IMG/VR virus record: IMGVR_UViG_3300031925_000025
Coordinates: 1 to 32,309 of that record
Direction: 5' to 3' (one strand)
DNA length: 32,309 nt
Source: a virus
Taxonomy: Duplodnaviria > Caudoviricetes
This document shows positions 16,683 through 25,542 of the stretch, piece after piece (positions within the stretch are counted from its first letter, which is position 1; the number at the start of each line of letters is the position of its first letter). The notes under the pieces were generated by a model. It saw only the letters and a list, made by a program, of their open reading frames with translations. It was not told where the DNA came from and searched no databases. The position numbers were made by a program, and so were the translations under genes.

Positions 16683-17105
16683 GTGATGAGCTTTGGTGGA
16701 AAAGTTAACAGCGCAGCAAATTCCGTCATACCAGGTGAAGGCTGGCCGGATTTATCAACCGATGAATTCCGCCAATTGCGCCGTATTCCTCACACCTTTG
16801 ACAACGATTCTATGGCTGCAGCCGTGAGCATTGCGGCTCTGAATATCCAACAACGACTTGCAAGCCTGTTGGTTGACGATATTCCGCCACAGCTAAACGC
16901 AGCCAAAACAGCGGCATATAAACGTGCGGTTTATGGTTTGGCCCATGCTGATCTATTGCCTGAGTTCGCCACGCAAGACCGCCGCAAAGAGGGCGAAAGC
17001 GTAGCGACAGATGAACCAGAACAAGAGGCACGCTTTATCACCCAAAGCAATCAAGATGTGCGCTTGTTGCTTGGCCGAAGTGCCAATGGGATTGATTCGA
17101 TATGA
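16683..17105 (+). CDS. Head completion/stabilisation protein (gpL-like)
   Basis: GWPDLSTDEF, YKRAVYGLAHADLL; synteny. Confidence 0.88.
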   Translation: MMSFGGKVNSAANSVIPGEGWPDLSTDEFRQLRRIPHTFDNDSMAAAVSIAALNIQQRLASLLVDDIPPQLNAAKTAAYKRAVYGLAHADLLPEFATQDRRKEGESVATDEPEQEARFITQSNQDVRLLLGRSANGIDSI

Positions 17106-17596
17106 GCGATACAGCCTACAACAAGACCAAGCTTGAGCATTTAACGGAATACATCGTTAGCCACCTCAATAGCAACGTGCTTGATAACAAAATTGATGCT
17201 TGGCAAGAGAACGGCTCGATTGTCCCAAGTGGTGAAGACCGAGGCAACGATGGTTACATCGCGTGTTACTGGAAATACAACGCGGTGATCTCGGTAGAGG
17301 AATTTCCTCACCGATTGTTAGACCCGCGCTGTTTGCTTGCTCTTGTGGCCTGTTGGTTAAGCGACCATGAAGAAGACCGCAACGAACAAGAGCTCGAAGA
17401 TCCAACACTTTCGGTTGATGTGATCAGCAGTGAGCTGGCTGATGTGAGCATAGAGCTTGAGCTGATGGAACCTATCGAGTTGGTACCAGATGCAGAGGCA
17501 GGAATGATTACCTGGCGCGGAATCAAATACCGAGTTCAAGCCGTAGAGATTTACACCGCAGAAGAAGCGGAGTTGGTGAATGAAACCAACAATTAA
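17102..17596 (+). CDS. Tail completion protein (gpR-like)
   Basis: Synteny; Y.AVISVEEFP...LVACWL pattern. Confidence 0.7.
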   Translation: MSDTAYNKTKLEHLTEYIVSHLNSNVLDNKIDAWQENGSIVPSGEDRGNDGYIACYWKYNAVISVEEFPHRLLDPRCLLALVACWLSDHEEDRNEQELEDPTLSVDVISSELADVSIELELMEPIELVPDAEAGMITWRGIKYRVQAVEIYTAEEAELVNETNN

Positions 17597-18236
17597 TGCG
17601 AATCAAAGGGATGTGCTCAACATGCAAGAAAAGCTTGCCATGTTAGCACTGCCACCAAAGAAGCGAGTTTGGATACTGAAAACCCTAGGCCGTTGGGAAA
17701 AAGCCAATACACGCAAACGCATTCAACAACAAAAAGATATTCACGGCCAAGCGTTAGAACCAAGAAAAGGTAAGAAGCGCGGCAAGGTGATGCGGCGCAT
17801 GGCGAAAGGGTTAACCCCTTATGTACGAAACGCCAACATGCTCGACCTGACTTGGAGCAACAAGCTCACCGCAAAAATTGCAGCTCGGCATCATCTTGGT
17901 CAAAAGCAAAAGATGACCAAGCGCCAAATGCAAAAGCGTTGGGGAACACCAGACTATTCCGCGCCTTGCAGTAAAGGGCAAGCGCGAAAGCTAAGGGAAC
18001 TGGGTTACACGGTACCGAGAAAAAGCGGCAAAGGACGGAAAAAGCCAAGCCTTCGTCTGTTAATGGAAACCGTTACCCATGGCCAAGCCGGGCAAATTAT
18101 CCGAGAGCTGAGCAATCAGCCTAGTGTCACCGCTTGGGATATTCCATTAGCAGAACGCCAGATATTAGGCAGTAAAGAACGCGAAGTAACCCGCCAACTA
18201 ATAAAAATCTTTGAGCAGGCCAAGACGCGAAAATAA
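17580..18236 (+). CDS. Virion morphogenesis protein (gpS-like)
   Basis: Basic protein, RIQQQKDIHG...PRK, ARHHLG, ERQILG; synteny. Confidence 0.8.
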   Translation: MKPTINANQRDVLNMQEKLAMLALPPKKRVWILKTLGRWEKANTRKRIQQQKDIHGQALEPRKGKKRGKVMRRMAKGLTPYVRNANMLDLTWSNKLTAKIAARHHLGQKQKMTKRQMQKRWGTPDYSAPCSKGQARKLRELGYTVPRKSGKGRKKPSLRLLMETVTHGQAGQIIRELSNQPSVTAWDIPLAERQILGSKEREVTRQLIKIFEQAKTRK

Positions 18237-18251
18237 GCGAGGAAACAACCA

Positions 18252-19373
18252 ATGGCAACCGGAAAGGTAGAGGTAAACAACCTCAATTTAGGGCAAGGCG
18301 GGATTCCAGAAATTGAACGCCACCTGATCTACATCGGGCGCACCGACAAAGCCGAACTGCAAGGCAAAGTCACGCGCGTAAACAACATGACCAATCTTGA
18401 TGATGTGGTGGCCGATGATGCGCTAGGCGCAAACGTCAAAGCCGCGCAGCTCAATGGCAAACAAAACTGGACGGGTGCCATCTTTGGTTTGGCGGCTGAT
18501 GCTACTTGGCAAGAAGCGGTAGACATTGCCAACCGTACCGACTCTTTTGAAGGTGTTTGTATTGTCGATGTTGTGACAGATAAAGCCGACTTCACCGCGA
18601 TGCAATACAAGGCAACAGAGCTAACGAGCAAACTTGGTCGTTGGGTGTTCTTCCTTGCTGCTTGTCCTGGTATTGATGCCGATACCCAAACGTGGTCAGA
18701 CTATGAAACGGCCATGCTAGCCCTAGTCAAAGATGTTGCCGCAAATATGGTTACACCAGTGCCGCAACTCAATGGCAATAACGTGGGTGTGCTTGGTGGT
18801 CGCTTATGTGATCGCGCTGTCACTGTAGCCGATAGCCCTATGCGCGTTGCAACAGGCAGTTTGCTTGGTCTTGGTGAAATGCCTGTTGATAGCGCGGGTA
18901 AACCATTAGAAATGAGCACCATCGCAGCGTTAGCCGAGGCGCGTTATTCACTGCCGCAATGGTATGCGGATATGGAAGGTATCTACTGGACAGATGGCTC
19001 TACGCTAGAAGCGAAAGGCGGCGACTATCAATTCCTTGAATACGTTCGCCCAGTTCACAAACTAAACCGCCGCGTTCGTATTAAAGCGATTCGTCGTATT
19101 GCTGACCGAATCCTTAATTCAACACCACCAAGTATTGAGCTCAACCGCACCTATTTCAGTAAAGACATGCGCGATATGTCGAAGACCACTGAAATTGGCG
19201 GCATTCAGTTCCCAGGTGAAATCATGCCACCACGTGATGAAGATGTGTCGATTCAGTGGATGACAAAAACCAAAGTAAACATTGGCTTAATGGTTCGCCC
19301 TCATAACTGCCCGAAACACATTGTTGTCAACATTGGGCTTGATCTATCTAACCCTGCAGATACGGAGGCGTAA
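18252..19373 (+). CDS. Tail sheath protein (HP1/K139 type, DUF2586)
   Basis: VEVNNLNLGQG...ERH, GVLGGRL, VADSPMRVATG. Confidence 0.88.
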   Translation: MATGKVEVNNLNLGQGGIPEIERHLIYIGRTDKAELQGKVTRVNNMTNLDDVVADDALGANVKAAQLNGKQNWTGAIFGLAADATWQEAVDIANRTDSFEGVCIVDVVTDKADFTAMQYKATELTSKLGRWVFFLAACPGIDADTQTWSDYETAMLALVKDVAANMVTPVPQLNGNNVGVLGGRLCDRAVTVADSPMRVATGSLLGLGEMPVDSAGKPLEMSTIAALAEARYSLPQWYADMEGIYWTDGSTLEAKGGDYQFLEYVRPVHKLNRRVRIKAIRRIADRILNSTPPSIELNRTYFSKDMRDMSKTTEIGGIQFPGEIMPPRDEDVSIQWMTKTKVNIGLMVRPHNCPKHIVVNIGLDLSNPADTEA

Positions 19374-19376
19374 TCC

Positions 19377-19832
19377 ATGAGCATGCGTATTTCTGGCAAG
19401 AACATGCATTTTTCAATGGGTGACTACAAGCTCAAAGCGCAAAAAGTCACTCTATCCATTACCGATAATTCTGCCGTCAATAAAACCTCTGGTGTGCCTG
19501 ATGGTTATGTCGATGGCGATGTAGAAGCAAGCGGTGAAATGGAACTTACCACGCAGCAATTCAACCAGTTGAGCAAGGCAGCAAAACAAGCCGGCTCTTG
19601 GCGTGGAATGCCTGATTTTGACGCGCTGTTCTACGGCAAGATTGATAAAGACGAGCTGAAAATTGAAGCCTTCGGTTGTCGTATCAAAATCTCTGATCTT
19701 CTCGATGCCGATTCAAATGGTGGCAGTGCATTGGTTCACAAACTGCCGTTCGAAGTAACTAGCCCTGACTTTGTGAAAATCAACGGCGTTCCATACCTGC
19801 GCCCTGATGAAACCGAAGATTTGGTTCAGTAG
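19377..19832 (+). CDS. Tail tube protein (DUF2597)
   Basis: RISGK, GVPDGYVDGDV, VTSPDFVKINGVPYL. Confidence 0.88.
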   Translation: MSMRISGKNMHFSMGDYKLKAQKVTLSITDNSAVNKTSGVPDGYVDGDVEASGEMELTTQQFNQLSKAAKQAGSWRGMPDFDALFYGKIDKDELKIEAFGCRIKISDLLDADSNGGSALVHKLPFEVTSPDFVKINGVPYLRPDETEDLVQ

Positions 19833-19859
19833 CTTTTAGCTCAATAAACAGGGGGCGTA

Positions 19860-20078
19860 ATGTCTGATGTTATCGACCTTGCCAACGGCCTTGAAACCCA
19901 ATTCACAGAAGTGGCGATTGCCAACCAACTGGCAAGGGCTAAGCAAATGGAACAACGGGAAAGCGCACAGGAATGCGGCGAATGTGGCGACCCAATACCC
20001 GAAGAACGCCGCCAAAAAGTACCAGGGTGTAAATACTGCACCCAGTGCCAAAGCAACATAGAGAGAGTTAAGCGATGA
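19860..20078 (+). CDS. TraR/DksA-type C4 zinc-finger protein
   Basis: MSDVIDLA...CGECGDPIPEERRQKVPGCKYCTQCQ. Confidence 0.9.
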   Translation: MSDVIDLANGLETQFTEVAIANQLARAKQMEQRESAQECGECGDPIPEERRQKVPGCKYCTQCQSNIERVKR

Positions 20079-20584
20079 AACTAGGAAAGCTCTTTGTAGA
20101 GCATGTCATCAAACCTGTTCTTGACCATTTAGATATGGCAACAGGTGGACACGGAAAGATGAACACGCAAGCGGCCATCAACCTCATTTTAATGATTGTG
20201 GCGCATGAGTCTGGGAAGTTGACCTATTCAAAGCAAGTTCGTGGGCCAGCACTCGGTTTTACTCAAATGGAGCCAGCTACTTTTCAATGGCTGATTGAGT
20301 GGCTAGGGAAAACTCGACCTCATCTACTCGATGCATTGTCCCTGTTTGTGCCTGTTGGCGGTGAGCCTGTATGTGGTAGCGATTCAAACTACATGGTTAT
20401 TTCACCTCAGTTCGCAGTGGCTGCGGCTCGTTTGAACTTGATTCGCTTTCCTGAGCCTTTACCCCAAGCCGATGACTTGGAAGGGCTTGCAAGGTACGCC
20501 AAAAAATATTGGAACACTCACGCAGGTAAAGCCACAGAAGCGGATTACCTAAACGCATACAAATCCATGGTCGGAGAAGATTAA
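20075..20584 (+). CDS. Putative endolysin (lysozyme-like fold)
   Basis: Lysis-cassette position; AHES...GPALGFTQMEPAT resembles the transglycosylase ES / GxxQ motifs; YAKKYWNT. Confidence 0.6.
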   Translation: MKLGKLFVEHVIKPVLDHLDMATGGHGKMNTQAAINLILMIVAHESGKLTYSKQVRGPALGFTQMEPATFQWLIEWLGKTRPHLLDALSLFVPVGGEPVCGSDSNYMVISPQFAVAAARLNLIRFPEPLPQADDLEGLARYAKKYWNTHAGKATEADYLNAYKSMVGED

Positions 20585-20814
20585 TGAGCTTTTTAACAGG
20601 AATTATCGGCAAAACCTTACTCGAAGTTGTGAAAGGACTGTTCTTTCAAATCGGTTGGAAAATCATCCTTGAGCGTTTTGCAACTCGCTTGGTGGTTTGG
20701 GGCTTGGAAACACTAAAAGGTCTGAGCACAAACGATGTTCTTCAAGAAACCGTTGACGACATTATCGCGGCACTTCAGGGCAAACGCTTGAAGGAAATCC
20801 CACAGAAGGAATAG
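20584..20814 (+). CDS. Small lysis-cassette protein
   Basis: Coupled to the putative lysin; amphipathic 76 aa. Confidence 0.6.
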   Translation: MSFLTGIIGKTLLEVVKGLFFQIGWKIILERFATRLVVWGLETLKGLSTNDVLQETVDDIIAALQGKRLKEIPQKE

Positions 20815-20816
20815 CG

Positions 20817-21053
20817 ATGGACCCGACTTGGCTATCCGCGCTGGTTGCCCTTGCCACCTTATTGGTGATGCTGACCGGAGCATTGATCGGCAAGCTGTTC
20901 TCTCTCTCAAAAGAGCTTGCCGACTATAAAACCCATGTAGCAGAAAGCTACGCAACCAAAGAAGAAGTGAAAGATGGTTTTGAACGATTAGAGCGTCAAC
21001 TAGAAACCGGACTCACCCGAATTTACGAATCATTGAAGCGAGAAGCAGCATGA
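20817..21053 (+). CDS. Single-TM membrane protein with coiled coil (holin-like)
   Basis: WLSALVALATLLVMLTGALIG TM followed by LADYKTHVAESYATKEEV. Confidence 0.6.
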   Translation: MDPTWLSALVALATLLVMLTGALIGKLFSLSKELADYKTHVAESYATKEEVKDGFERLERQLETGLTRIYESLKREAA

Positions 21054-21313
21054 CAAAACCAATTATTTTAACCGTTGGTACAACAGACCTAGAGTTCAAC
21101 CCAACGCCAGCCGAGTACGATGAAGCGCAAAACACCATCTTGCAAGGTGATGCGAGTAGCGCGGCCCATAACTTCTTGATGAGCTGTGTTAGCGAAGGTT
21201 CAAAAGATGCTCTGCGTGAACTTACTCAGCAGAACCCAGGTGCGGCAACGCAGATTTATGGCGTGGTTCTTAAAGAGTACGCACCTAAGCTTTCCATCTC
21301 GGTAAAAAAATAG
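21050..21313 (+). CDS. Tail assembly chaperone
   Basis: Just upstream of the tape measure gene; ends in slippery GTA AAA AAA TAG. Confidence 0.82.
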   Translation: MTKPIILTVGTTDLEFNPTPAEYDEAQNTILQGDASSAAHNFLMSCVSEGSKDALRELTQQNPGAATQIYGVVLKEYAPKLSISVKK

Positions 21314-21498
21314 ATGGGCTTGTCGCTGCCATAGATAGCAGCGACAGGCAAAAAATGTATGCGTGGCGGCGAAAGTGGCTACCCAATGAGCCGGACACTG
21401 ATCAGAACCTAGCTTATGCGATTTGGTTAGAGAAGAACCATTGGGAAAACATGCAAGCCGTCACCGCTAGCGGTGTAGCCAAAGCCTTTAGCGGTTAA
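21310..21498 (+). CDS. -1 frame extension of the tail chaperone (gpE+E'-type)
   Basis: Open -1 frame from the A7 run: IDGLVAAIDSSDRQKMYAWRRKWLPNEPDTDQNLAYAIWLEKNHWENMQAVTASGVAKAFSG*. Confidence 0.75.
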   Translation: MDGLVAAIDSSDRQKMYAWRRKWLPNEPDTDQNLAYAIWLEKNHWENMQAVTASGVAKAFSG

Positions 21499-21517
21499 CC
21501 ACCAAGCAATTAGAGAA

Positions 21518-23413
21518 TTGTTGATGTTACCAGAAGCACTCAGATTTCAAGTTGGATTGATTGACCAGATTTCAAAACCTCTGGGCAATATTCAACGTCA
21601 ATTGAATGATGTCACCAACACCTATCGTCAAGGTACTCATACCATGGTGGCAGGTGCGGCAGGCATGGTGGGTGCTGGTTTCGCATTGCAACAAGCCTTG
21701 ATGCCAGCGATTGAAATGGACAGGGCGTTAGGTGAAGTGAAATCACTTGGCGTTGCAGATGAGCAGTTGAAGCAGCTAAGCGACACAGCACTTGAATTTG
21801 CAGTGGACTACGGCAAGTCAGCCTCAGATTTTGTGGCGGCTTCTTATGATATTCAATCTGCTATTTCTGGCTTAGGAGGCAATGAGCTTTCTGAGTTTAC
21901 CCGTGCGTCTGGGGTGCTTGCTGCAGCGACCAAAGCGGATACTTCAACCATTACCAACTATGTCGGCACCATGTACGGCATTTTCCAAAATTCAGCCAAC
22001 GAAATGGGTAAGGCGGATTGGGTAAATGTGTTAGGTGGTCAAACTGCGAAAGCGGTTCAGATGTTCAAGACCACGGGTGATGGCATGTCATCGGCGTTCA
22101 CCTCGGTAGGTGCTGCGGCAACCTCTGTCGGTGTAGGCATGACTGAACAAATGGCGATTCTCGGTACTTTGCAGTCCACTATGAGTGGTAGTGAAGCGGG
22201 TACCAAATATCGTGCGTTCTTAGCGGGTACGGCCAAAGCTCAAGAAGCCTTGAATATGCAGTTCACGAATGCTCAAGGTCAAATGCTGCCAATGGTAGAT
22301 ATCTTGAATCAAATTAAGGGCCGTTATGGTGAAACAATTTCGGTAGCGGAAGCGGCAGAGTTGAGTAAAGCGTTTGGCACTCAAGAAGCCACAGCCATGA
22401 TCCAACTTCTGATGCAAAACACTGATGGGCTCGCTACTTCAATAAATGAGCTCGGTAAAGTCAAAGGGCTTGATGTTGCTGAACAAATGGCGGGAGCCAT
22501 GACCGACCAATGGGAACGGTTAGAGCAAGGTGTATTTGCCATAAGTGCTGCTTTTGGTGCTGTTCTTCTGCCTGCCATCTTGCCTGTTGTAGGCGGCATG
22601 GCTGAAGGAGCTACCGCCATTGTTCAATGGACGCAGATGTTCCCGAACCTCACTAAATACATTGGCTTTGCTGGCATGGCGATTTTAGGTGCAGCTGCAG
22701 CAGGTGGTGCATTTACCTTGATGATGGGGGTGGGTAAGCAAGCAATGGCAACTTACATGCTCACTATGAAGCTGTTTACAGGTGTGAACTTCTTACTCAC
22801 CAAAGGCATGGCGGGGCTACGTGTAGCCATGCTTGCCGCCAATATTGCGATAGCGGCTAACCCAATCATTTTGATTGTGGGGGCGGTCATCGCTGCAACA
22901 GCCGCGGTGGGAGCACTGATTTACTACTGGGATGATCTCAAAGCCTCGTTTGGTGACACAACTTGGTTCCAAGTACTAGAAGGTGCACTCACACTAATCA
23001 CCATGCCATTTAGAGCCATGTTTGAGTTCATCAAAGCAGGTTGGCAATGGGTGATGAGTGGCTTTACCGATACCAGTGGTTTTGCCTTCATTGGAGAAAT
23101 GGCCGACTCGATGCGAAACATTTTTGGCAGCGTCTTTAGTTGGTTCACTCAGAAGTTGGCGGGTATTTGGGAAAACCTGAAAGGGCTCGTTGATTGGCTA
23201 CCAGGTTTCGGCGGTGATGATGAATCTGTTCAAGTGAAATCTAAGTCAGTCCAAAGCGCGACACCTTATGCACAAGTTCAGCCAGGTGGCGCGGCCAAGA
23301 GTATTGCCAACTATCAAACCAGTTCAACCAACTACGGTGGTGTGGCGATTTATCCAACTTACATGAGCAGTCCACAGGACATGACGAGTGAATTAGAAAT
23401 GGCGGCAGGCTAA
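21518..23413 (+). CDS. Tail tape measure protein (TP901 family)
   Basis: Ala/Gly-rich 631 aa; LIDQISKPL, SGSEAGTKYRAF; start may be the ATG at 21524. Confidence 0.93.
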   Translation: MLMLPEALRFQVGLIDQISKPLGNIQRQLNDVTNTYRQGTHTMVAGAAGMVGAGFALQQALMPAIEMDRALGEVKSLGVADEQLKQLSDTALEFAVDYGKSASDFVAASYDIQSAISGLGGNELSEFTRASGVLAAATKADTSTITNYVGTMYGIFQNSANEMGKADWVNVLGGQTAKAVQMFKTTGDGMSSAFTSVGAAATSVGVGMTEQMAILGTLQSTMSGSEAGTKYRAFLAGTAKAQEALNMQFTNAQGQMLPMVDILNQIKGRYGETISVAEAAELSKAFGTQEATAMIQLLMQNTDGLATSINELGKVKGLDVAEQMAGAMTDQWERLEQGVFAISAAFGAVLLPAILPVVGGMAEGATAIVQWTQMFPNLTKYIGFAGMAILGAAAAGGAFTLMMGVGKQAMATYMLTMKLFTGVNFLLTKGMAGLRVAMLAANIAIAANPIILIVGAVIAATAAVGALIYYWDDLKASFGDTTWFQVLEGALTLITMPFRAMFEFIKAGWQWVMSGFTDTSGFAFIGEMADSMRNIFGSVFSWFTQKLAGIWENLKGLVDWLPGFGGDDESVQVKSKSVQSATPYAQVQPGGAAKSIANYQTSSTNYGGVAIYPTYMSSPQDMTSELEMAAG

Positions 23414-23760
23414 TGGCGGATTACCTCTATCAAGACATCTTAATTGAAAGCGGTGATGTGGTGCTAGATGCAGGCCGTAACCCGGTATTGATTCAAGACC
23501 GTGCGGTGATCGCCCAAGACATTAAACACGCCATCATCGAAAGCAATTTAGCGGTTGAGCTCATCGCAGAGCGTAGCCCATCAAAAAAAGCGGATATTCG
23601 AACCAAGTTAGAGCTGTTGGTTGAAGAAGATGTTCGTTTGGTACCTGGTACCGTGCGATTAGAAGAACCAACCGAAGGCACCATTTATGTTTTCGCCACG
23701 ACTGCAGACTTTGGCGACGTAACTCTTGATATCACAACTTCGGAGACAACCAATGTCTGA
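23413..23760 (+). CDS. Baseplate wedge protein (DUF2590, W-like)
   Basis: IAQDIKHAIIES, VEEDVRLVPGT; synteny. Confidence 0.8.
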   Translation: MADYLYQDILIESGDVVLDAGRNPVLIQDRAVIAQDIKHAIIESNLAVELIAERSPSKKADIRTKLELLVEEDVRLVPGTVRLEEPTEGTIYVFATTADFGDVTLDITTSETTNV

Positions 23761-24940
23761 TATTCCCAAGCCAGATTACGCCGAGCTGGTCAAGCAATCC
23801 GGTATTCCTACCGATGAAGCGAGTTGGAAAAAAGTGCTGAAAGAAGAGATGGAAAAGGAAGAGTGCATTATCTCTAATGATTCGCCTTTCTCCCCGTTCT
23901 GGCGCTTGATTGAATCGGCCGTGGTGAAAGTCACCTTGTGGCTCATCAATACGCTATTGGTGGGTTATGTTCTGCCAAATATGTTCGTTGCGACTGCAGT
24001 CGACCAATGGTTAGACCTACTCGCTTGGCAATGCAAATTGACTCGTAAAGAGGCAACCAAAGCGCAAGGTTTGATCGCCTTCCAACGTGCAGCCGCAAAA
24101 GGGCCAGCGTTAGTCATACCAAAAGATACTTGGATTCAGACCGAACCCATTAACGGCAATATCTACCGCGTTCGTGTGCTTGCTGATACCACGCTGCCAG
24201 AAGACGAAACCATGATCATGGCGGAAGTGGAAGCCGAGAGTGAAGGTGCGGCCTACAACCTTGGCGAAGGTTACTACCATATTCTGCCGACTGCGATACC
24301 AGGTATTGCAGCGGCGACGAACCCAGCCGAATGGCTAACCGCTGCAGGTGCAGACAAAGAAAGCAACGATGAACTTCGATTACGTATTCGCAATCAGTGG
24401 AGCGCGGTTGCTAAATGGCACATTGATGCGGCTTACCGCTCATTGCTAACACGTCGTGCAGGCATTAACGATGACAACGTCTATTTCGAGCATAACGCAC
24501 CACGTGGGCCAGGTACCGCCAATTCCTACATTTTGCTTGATACGGGTGAGCCGTCACCAGAAATGCTTGCTGATTTGAATGCCTATATTCGTGAGCAAGG
24601 GCAACACGGTCATGGTGATGATCTGCAGGTGATGGCGATGCCAGAAACGCAGGCCAATATTGTTTGCCGTGTATGGCCTCTTCGTTCACTCACAATGGAT
24701 GAGCGCACCCAGCTTAAAGCAGCCGTTGAAAAGTTCATTGGCGCGGCATTCCGCGAGAACACTGATTATTCGCCAACGGTAACCAATCCGGTATTGCGTT
24801 TTAGTTTTTCCAAGTTAGGCCAAGAGCTACACGGTCAGTTTGCACAGATTGAATCGCTCGAATTCGATAACGCCGACATCATTAACAACCTAACGGTGCC
24901 ACGCATTCAGACGTTGGAGGTATCCATTGAAAATACCTGA
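23753..24940 (+). CDS. Baseplate J-like protein
   Basis: SPFWRL, GADKESNDELRLR, APRGPGTA; likely start MSDIPK at 23753. Confidence 0.9.
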   Translation: MSDIPKPDYAELVKQSGIPTDEASWKKVLKEEMEKEECIISNDSPFSPFWRLIESAVVKVTLWLINTLLVGYVLPNMFVATAVDQWLDLLAWQCKLTRKEATKAQGLIAFQRAAAKGPALVIPKDTWIQTEPINGNIYRVRVLADTTLPEDETMIMAEVEAESEGAAYNLGEGYYHILPTAIPGIAAATNPAEWLTAAGADKESNDELRLRIRNQWSAVAKWHIDAAYRSLLTRRAGINDDNVYFEHNAPRGPGTANSYILLDTGEPSPEMLADLNAYIREQGQHGHGDDLQVMAMPETQANIVCRVWPLRSLTMDERTQLKAAVEKFIGAAFRENTDYSPTVTNPVLRFSFSKLGQELHGQFAQIESLEFDNADIINNLTVPRIQTLEVSIENT

Positions 24941-25529
24941 GATAAACTTTCGTTACTGGATGGGTAGAGGTGAACTTGCCAAGTTCGCCCGAGCCATGCG
25001 CGAGTATTGGGAGCATGTGAAAGCCGCTTTTGAAATGCCGCTGCAACAACATGACCCACTCACCGCACCAATGGCTTTGGTCAATATTCTTGCTTGGCAA
25101 CGTGGAGTAGAAAAGCTCGGCCAAGAGCCCGAAGAGCTGTTTCGAATCCGTGTGGCTCATGCTTATGGCTTTGCCCGTGATGCAGGTTCGGTATCTGGCT
25201 GGGAAGACATGTTTGCAAAGCTCGGCTATCCGCACATTGGTCAAGATGAAAGGTTAGTGAACGTCGATTGGGATGTTATCAGCCTGAAAATCCGAGATGG
25301 GGATTTAACCAACGTCCCGAAGTTATTAGACACAGTCGTACGTCAATACGGGCGTACCTGTCGCCGTTATCAGTACACCAGTTATGTCGAAATGCCGTTG
25401 GCCGCGCGAAGCAAGAATGTCGAAGCGCAATACTCAGCGTCACACGTTAAGACACGACTAAACGTTGGCATGTTACCAAGTGTGCTCAATGTCGATTGTG
25501 AATATTACCAAGCCACAGTGAAGGGCTAA
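24927..25529 (+). CDS. Tail/baseplate protein (P2 gpI-like)
   Basis: DPLTAP...LAWQRG, YGRTCRRY; lies between J and the fibre. Confidence 0.82.
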   Translation: MKIPEINFRYWMGRGELAKFARAMREYWEHVKAAFEMPLQQHDPLTAPMALVNILAWQRGVEKLGQEPEELFRIRVAHAYGFARDAGSVSGWEDMFAKLGYPHIGQDERLVNVDWDVISLKIRDGDLTNVPKLLDTVVRQYGRTCRRYQYTSYVEMPLAARSKNVEAQYSASHVKTRLNVGMLPSVLNVDCEYYQATVKG

Positions 25530-25542
25530 GGAATCAATAAAA

